From Minisyncoccota bacterium (GTDB lineage: Bacteria > Patescibacteriota > Minisyncoccia > Phycocordibacterales > UBA5272): a stretch of DNA of 64,000 bases. The stretch covers positions 416,342 through 480,341 of the forward strand of contig JAXLZS010000001.1 in the NCBI GenBank assembly GCA_046350775.1, in the 5' to 3' direction. Positions 58,494-64,000 of the stretch are shown one piece after another. Positions within the stretch are counted from its first letter, which is position 1, and each line of letters starts with the position of its first letter. The notes under the pieces were generated by a model. It ran no database searches, had not been told where the DNA came from, and saw only the letters and a program-made list of their open reading frames with translations. The translations under genes and the position numbers were made by a program.

Positions 58494-58604
58494 AATAGGG
58501 TTATTATAAATAACCAATATTGACATGTAAAGAAATATGTTACATTGTATGTAATACTAAACAAAAAGTTTATTATGATATAATAATATTTATATTAAAA
58601 CATT

Positions 58605-59432
58605 ATGTTATATACAAAAAAAGAATCTTTAGAAGATAAAATAGTTCGTTATCTGACAGATAATAATAAGACTATATATGGAATAAAAGAAGAATTGAAA
58701 AGAGAAAGAAATATAGTTACAGATCAAGGAATTTATAAATCTATTAGACTTTTAATTAAAGAGGAAGTAGTAATAAAAAATAAGGATATATTTTCTTTAA
58801 ATGAAGAGTGGAAAAATAAAATAATAGAAGGATTTCAAAAAAACATAGAATTTGATTTATCAGAAAAAGAACAAATACAATTTGATCTGAGTTCCTTAAT
58901 ACACTTAGATCAACAGTGGAAAAATATCACTATATCTATACAAAAAAATATAAAAGGGTTCCCTGTCTTTTTTTATAATCCTCATGATATCTGGTCATTT
59001 TTGAGTGATTCTCGTAAGCAAAGTGAGGCTTTATATTATAAAAATTTATATAAAAATAAAACATATTCTTTTTGTGTTAACGCAGGAAACACAGAATTTG
59101 ATAAAATAATAAGAAGAGAAAGAGAAACTGAATATAATAGGATAAATATAAATGAAGAATTATTTAAAAATACAGACTATATAACAATAATTGGGGATTA
59201 TATTACTATAGTTAGAATATCTAAAAAAACAGCAGAACTTATAGAGAAAATTTATAAAGAATCAAAAGATTATCAAGATTTTCAAAAACAGATTCAGAAA
59301 TTAGGGATAGAAAAAAAGAAAGTAAAATTAATAATCGAAAAAAATAAAGAAAAAGCAAAAATGCTTCGTAAAAAATTATCTAAAAACTTTTATATTCCTA
59401 AAGATCTAATAGAAAAATACGATCTATTTTAA
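58605..59432 (+). CDS. Putative transcriptional regulator (N-terminal winged HTH plus sensor domain)
   Basis: TDQGIYKSIRLLIKEEVVIK; divergent from the three-gene operon. Confidence 0.6.
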   Translation: MLYTKKESLEDKIVRYLTDNNKTIYGIKEELKRERNIVTDQGIYKSIRLLIKEEVVIKNKDIFSLNEEWKNKIIEGFQKNIEFDLSEKEQIQFDLSSLIHLDQQWKNITISIQKNIKGFPVFFYNPHDIWSFLSDSRKQSEALYYKNLYKNKTYSFCVNAGNTEFDKIIRRERETEYNRININEELFKNTDYITIIGDYITIVRISKKTAELIEKIYKESKDYQDFQKQIQKLGIEKKKVKLIIEKNKEKAKMLRKKLSKNFYIPKDLIEKYDLF

Positions 59433-60664
59433 ATAATTATCTTTACAAATTTCTTTTTACCAACCTTGAAGATACCAGCAAAAACTTTGACTTTGTAATC
59501 AGTCAGAGTTTTTTCTTCTATTGATTCACCATCTTTTATTATTTCTTTTATAGAATTCGTTTCTACCAACCTTTTCCATTCTGACTTAGATTTTACAAAA
59601 TCATTTTGAGTGATTATCTCACCTAATTCTTTTTCTTTATCTTCTTCTTTTACTATTATTTCAAAAATATCTTCTGGGATTCCACCTTTTTGAAAAGCTT
59701 CAATAAAGCTATTTTCAGCTCTGGCTGCGGCTTGTTCTCCATGATAAATCTCTACTATAGCCTTTGCTAGTTTTATTTTTAAATCTCTAGGATTATTATT
59801 TTTATCTGACAAAAATCTTTCAGCTTCTTCAAGTTCTTCTTTTGTAGCATCTGTACAAAGCTTCATATATTTTACAATCAACCCATCACGCATAGACATG
59901 ATTTTGCCAAACATATCTCCTGGCTCATCGACGATAGATATGATATTTCCTTGAGATGTACTCATCTTGTCACCATTGGTACCCTCAAGCATCTCACAAG
60001 TTATAATGTGCTGCTTTTTCATATCACTAAAATCTTGAATTATACGGCCCGCTTTCAAATTAAAAAGTTGATCAAATCCACCAATCTCAACATCAGATCT
60101 GACAGCCACAGAGTCATACCCTTGCATTATTGGGTATAAAAACTCGCGAAGTGATATTTCTTTTCCACTTTCAAATCTGTCTTTAAAATTTCTACGAGCA
60201 AGCATCTGTTGCACAGTAAAACATTCTGCTAATTTTATTAGCTCTCCAAATGTTAATCTTCCGAGCCAGTCATTGTTGTAAACAAATTCTGTCTTTGAGA
60301 GATCTAGTATTTTACCGATCTGATTTTTATAATCTTTTAGATTTTCATCTATTTGAGCACGTGTCAGCATTGGACGCTTATCACTCTTATCAGAAGCATC
60401 ACCAATCTGAGCCGTAAAATCTCCTATTATCAAAACTATTTGATGGCCAAGTTTTTGAAATTCTCTTATCTTTCTTATTGGTACAGCTCTACCTAGATGA
60501 ATTTTTGGTCCAGTAGGATCGATGCCAAATTTTATTCTTAATTGTGTACCACTCATTAAATCTTTTTTCAATTCTTCTTTATCAATAATATCTTCAACAT
60601 TTCTCTCTAATAAATTATTGATCTTTTCCTCATCTGTTATTATTTTTGTGTTTTTGATAGCCAT
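59429..60664 (-). CDS. tyrS: Tyrosyl-tRNA synthetase
   Basis: KFGIDPTG..IHLG, YPIMQGYDS, GGFDQLFN, KMSTSQGN. Confidence 0.97.
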   Translation of the reverse strand: MAIKNTKIITDEEKINNLLERNVEDIIDKEELKKDLMSGTQLRIKFGIDPTGPKIHLGRAVPIRKIREFQKLGHQIVLIIGDFTAQIGDASDKSDKRPMLTRAQIDENLKDYKNQIGKILDLSKTEFVYNNDWLGRLTFGELIKLAECFTVQQMLARRNFKDRFESGKEISLREFLYPIMQGYDSVAVRSDVEIGGFDQLFNLKAGRIIQDFSDMKKQHIITCEMLEGTNGDKMSTSQGNIISIVDEPGDMFGKIMSMRDGLIVKYMKLCTDATKEELEEAERFLSDKNNNPRDLKIKLAKAIVEIYHGEQAAARAENSFIEAFQKGGIPEDIFEIIVKEEDKEKELGEIITQNDFVKSKSEWKRLVETNSIKEIIKDGESIEEKTLTDYKVKVFAGIFKVGKKKFVKIII

Positions 60665-60737
60665 ATATTTAACATTATACGATTATATCATAATGATTTA
60701 TGATAAACTATACTTATAAAATAATCAAATTAAAAAA

Positions 60738-62921
60738 ATGAACCATATAAATCACCACATAAACAAACCCTCTCACAGCAGCACAAGCACCGGCCACCAC
60801 CATAAAAAAAAGTCTAAAAAGCAAAAAATATATAAAATTATAAGAAATGCGGTGTTGATAATTATTGGTCTTTTTTTGATTGGAGCTGCGGTTTTGGCTT
60901 TTTATATATCAACTATCACAATACCTGACTTTTCAAATTTTGCAAACAGGAGAATTGATAACTCCACTCAATTGTATGACAGGACTGGCGAAATACTACT
61001 TTATGATGTACATAGTAATGTAAAAAGGACTCAAATTTCTGGAGATAAAATTTCTCCTTATATAAAAAAAGCTACAATTGCTATCGAAGATAAATATTTT
61101 TATAGTCATCATGGTATACGACCAACTTCAATATTGAGAGCTTTGATTGCTAATATAAAAGCTGGATCTTTTGTTCAAGGTGGATCAACTATTGATCAAC
61201 AGCTCATTAAAAATGCATTATTAACTCAAGATAAAAGTATAATTCGTAAAGTCACTGAGTGGGCTATGGCCATAAAACTAGACACCCAAGTCTCAAAAGA
61301 CGACATTTTGACAATGTATCTTAACGAATCATCCTATGGGGGAAATATTTATGGTGTAGAGACTGCTGCTCAATATTTTTTTGGTATGCACGCTAGTGAT
61401 ATAAGTCTCGCTCAGTCAGCATATTTGGCAGCTCTACCAAATGCACCATCATACTATTCACCTTATGGAAATCATGTGTCTGAGCTAGACGCAAGAAAAA
61501 ATTTAATACTAAGAGAACTATATAATCAAAATTTAATATCTGGAGATGAGTATCAAAAAGCTTTAAATGAAAAAGTTGTTTGGCAAAAAAATGCTACAGA
61601 AGGAAAAGCTTTGCATTTTGTGTTTTTTGTTAGAGGTTATTTAGAGAACAAATACGGAAAAGATGTGGTAGATAAGGGAGGATTAAAAGTTGTCACAACT
61701 ATTGATTATGACTTACAATCACAAGCAGAGAGTATCGTTAAAAAATATGCATTAGAAAATGCTAAAAAATATCATGCTACAAACGCAGGTCTTGTGACTA
61801 TAGATGTAAAAACCGGTCAAATATTAACAATGGTTGGATCTCGTGATTATTTTGATAATGAAATACCAGGCAATTTTAATGTGACGACTGCTCTACGCCA
61901 GCCAGGATCATCTTTTAAACCTATAGTATACGCTACCGCTTTTATGGATGGATATACTCCATCTACTGTTATTTTTGATGTACCTACAGAATTTAGTACT
62001 ACATGTGATCCAGAAGGAAATCCTTTACCAGGATATACAAATTCAAAATGTTATTCACCAGAAAACTATGATGGTAAATTTAGAGGTCCTGTGACAATTA
62101 AAAACGCACTCGCTCAATCTTTAAATATTCCAGCAGTAAAAACTTTATATTTGGCTGGTGTAAAAAATTCTATAGAGACAGCACAAAAAATGGGTATAAC
62201 TAGTCTTGATCCAAAAGGAGACTATGGTCTGTCATTAGTTCTTGGATCTGGTGAGGTATCACTACTTCAAATGACAAATGCTTATGCTGTTTTTGGTAAT
62301 CAAGGAAATTATAACCCTACATCATTTATTTTATCTGTCACAGATAAGGACGGTAATGTCTTAGAAAAATTTAACCAAAATACTTCTTCTGTTTTACCAA
62401 GCTACATAGCTGATGAAATAAATGATATTCTTTCTGACAATAAAGCCAGGACACCCCTTTACGGTCCAAATTCAGGCCTTTATTTTGGAGATAGACCTGT
62501 AGCTGACAAGACAGGTACAACAAATAGCTATCGTGATACCTGGACAATAGGATACACACCCTCTATAGCTGTCGGTGTCTGGGCAGGAAATAATGACAAT
62601 ACTCCAATCAATAAACAATTATCTGGAATGATAGCTGTGCCAATGTGGAATGAATTCATGAATTATGCTTTAAAAGATAAACCTATAGAGCAATTCGTAT
62701 CCCCAGATCCTACTCTTGTAAATTCAAACATAAAAAATCTTCCGCCAGTTAAGGGTATTTATTGCTACAATGATGGAGGAATAAATTATAGCTACTCAAT
62801 ACTTCCAGAGAATGACTCTCAATATATTTTATGGAAGATTCCTGCTGACAACTGGGTACAAAATAATGGATGCCCTTTTGTTAATACAAATCAAACCACC
62901 GCTCCTATAATTATAAATTAG
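60738..62921 (+). CDS. Class A penicillin-binding protein (PBP1A family)
   Basis: AIED..F..H.G, QGGSTI.QQ, PGSSFKP, SLN, KTGT. Confidence 0.96.
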   Translation: MNHINHHINKPSHSSTSTGHHHKKKSKKQKIYKIIRNAVLIIIGLFLIGAAVLAFYISTITIPDFSNFANRRIDNSTQLYDRTGEILLYDVHSNVKRTQISGDKISPYIKKATIAIEDKYFYSHHGIRPTSILRALIANIKAGSFVQGGSTIDQQLIKNALLTQDKSIIRKVTEWAMAIKLDTQVSKDDILTMYLNESSYGGNIYGVETAAQYFFGMHASDISLAQSAYLAALPNAPSYYSPYGNHVSELDARKNLILRELYNQNLISGDEYQKALNEKVVWQKNATEGKALHFVFFVRGYLENKYGKDVVDKGGLKVVTTIDYDLQSQAESIVKKYALENAKKYHATNAGLVTIDVKTGQILTMVGSRDYFDNEIPGNFNVTTALRQPGSSFKPIVYATAFMDGYTPSTVIFDVPTEFSTTCDPEGNPLPGYTNSKCYSPENYDGKFRGPVTIKNALAQSLNIPAVKTLYLAGVKNSIETAQKMGITSLDPKGDYGLSLVLGSGEVSLLQMTNAYAVFGNQGNYNPTSFILSVTDKDGNVLEKFNQNTSSVLPSYIADEINDILSDNKARTPLYGPNSGLYFGDRPVADKTGTTNSYRDTWTIGYTPSIAVGVWAGNNDNTPINKQLSGMIAVPMWNEFMNYALKDKPIEQFVSPDPTLVNSNIKNLPPVKGIYCYNDGGINYSYSILPENDSQYILWKIPADNWVQNNGCPFVNTNQTTAPIIIN

Positions 62922-62934
62922 TATAATTAATACC

Positions 62935-63201
62935 TTATATAAAAATCTTATAATTTAGATCTTTATTTACTTTATTTTCCAAATCTTTTTCTAAAAATTT
63001 ATTTTTTAATATAAATTTACTACTAGATCCTAAATTAATAATAGAAATATTTTTATCTTTTTGATTAATTTTAATATTCTCCTTTTTAATTTCAAGATTT
63101 ACTTCCTTTTTAATCAAATCTATAATTTTATTTTCTATTTCATTTTTAGAACTAATCTTAGATTTATATTTTAAAAATAAATCCTGTATATTATTTATCA
63201 T
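62935..63201 (-). CDS. Small protein downstream of dnaN (possibly DciA/DUF721-like)
   Basis: 88 aa; assignment rests mainly on position. Confidence 0.45.
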   Translation of the reverse strand: MINNIQDLFLKYKSKISSKNEIENKIIDLIKKEVNLEIKKENIKINQKDKNISIINLGSSSKFILKNKFLEKDLENKVNKDLNYKIFI

Positions 63202-63225
63202 AAAATAGTAAATAGACTTATTTTT

Positions 63226-64000
63226 TTATTTATTTAATGGCATTAAAAGATAAGTAAAGCTTTCATCATTTAAATCTTTTATAAATACAGGCTTATTACT
63301 TGTTGTAAAAAACAATTCTACCTCATCACTACCAATATGGGATAATCCATCTAAAAAATAATTACTATTATAGCTAGCACCAATATCTTCACCCACACCA
63401 TCCAAAATAGATATTTCTTTTTCAAGAGATCCTATCTTATCATTTTTTGATTTTGATTTAATTAATTTATTTTCAATATCTATATCTATGTCTATATATG
63501 AATAATTATTCACAAAAATAGTAGATAAATTAAGGATATTTTTCAATTCATTTTTATTAACTGTTATTTTTGTATCAAAGTTTTTTGGAAAAAGTTGTTT
63601 ATAGTCAGGAAAATTTCCATTAATAGATCTAATGGCTAATGAAATATTTTCATTTTGAATTGTTAAAATATTTTCATTATTATAAAGCTCTATTTCTTCC
63701 ACTTCTTCTTCTAAAATACCTTCCAATATAGAAATCTTTTCATTAATATTTTTTTGAGAAATTAAAATATTAATATCTTCAGAATTGTTATTAAACACTA
63801 CTTTTTTTTCTGCCAATCTAAAAGAGTCTGTTGCAACAGAAAATAATTCTCTGTTTTTTGAATATAAATAAACAGATGATATTTCTGGCTTTATTTCAGA
63901 TGAAGCCGCACAAAATGAGACAGATCTTATAAGATTAATATAGGTCTTTAAATTTATATTAGTTAAAAAATGTCCAGCTTTTGGTATTTTTGGAAAATCT
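63226..64000 (-). CDS. dnaN: DNA polymerase III beta clamp (5' part outside window)
   Basis: Frame continues upstream through VATDSFRLAEK; GNFPDYKQL; YLLMPL. Confidence 0.95.
   Translation of the reverse strand, partial: DFPKIPKAGHFLTNINLKTYINLIRSVSFCAASSEIKPEISSVYLYSKNRELFSVATDSFRLAEKKVVFNNNSEDINILISQKNINEKISILEGILEEEVEEIELYNNENILTIQNENISLAIRSINGNFPDYKQLFPKNFDTKITVNKNELKNILNLSTIFVNNYSYIDIDIDIENKLIKSKSKNDKIGSLEKEISILDGVGEDIGASYNSNYFLDGLSHIGSDEVELFFTTSNKPVFIKDLNDESFTYLLMPLNK

Noticed and set aside
1-64000. CRISPR array, rRNA, IS transposase or prophage structural genes
   Set aside because: No regularly spaced repeats or recognisable motifs seen; the 24-bp repeats near 41770-41850 are coding
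1-64000. Alternative genetic code (TGA = Gly)
   Set aside because: Long conserved genes are intact under code 11 and TGA terminates genes such as tmk

Overview
AT-rich chromosomal segment using the standard genetic code (TGA = stop). Gene content and style (IleRS with an inserted phosphatase domain, stand-alone PilB/GspE, mostly SD-less starts, tRNA-Arg GCG) suggest a Patescibacteria/CPR (Parcubacteria-like) bacterium; this taxonomy is inferred. The window ends inside dnaN, so it is probably near oriC. The backbone is housekeeping: metG (shattered by ~10 frameshifts), ileS, argS, tyrS, secE-nusG-rplK, rplS, rpsT, ruvABC, ruvX, recO, mutM, polA, tsaE, murE-like, PBP1A, guaC, tmk/thyA and seven tRNAs. 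Highlights: (1) a second ThyA paralogue with Asp at the uracil-specificity Asn177 position (the dCMP methyl/hydroxymethylase signature), in an operon with a LOG/SLOG protein and a SAM methyltransferase beside a divergent regulator; (2) a 3.9-kb serine-recombinase element in tRNA-Val that holds an extra, inverted attP-like site, so recombinase and ART-like cargo each sit between inverted repeats (80 bp and 233 bp) and flipping would swap the recombinase C-terminus; (3) an ultrashort-Stem-I ileS T-box coupled to a transcription terminator; (4) secreted proteins sharing an unrecognised ~38-aa repeat module; (5) several structured ncRNA candidates and small ORFs missed by the ORF track. All assignments are by eye; no searches were run.
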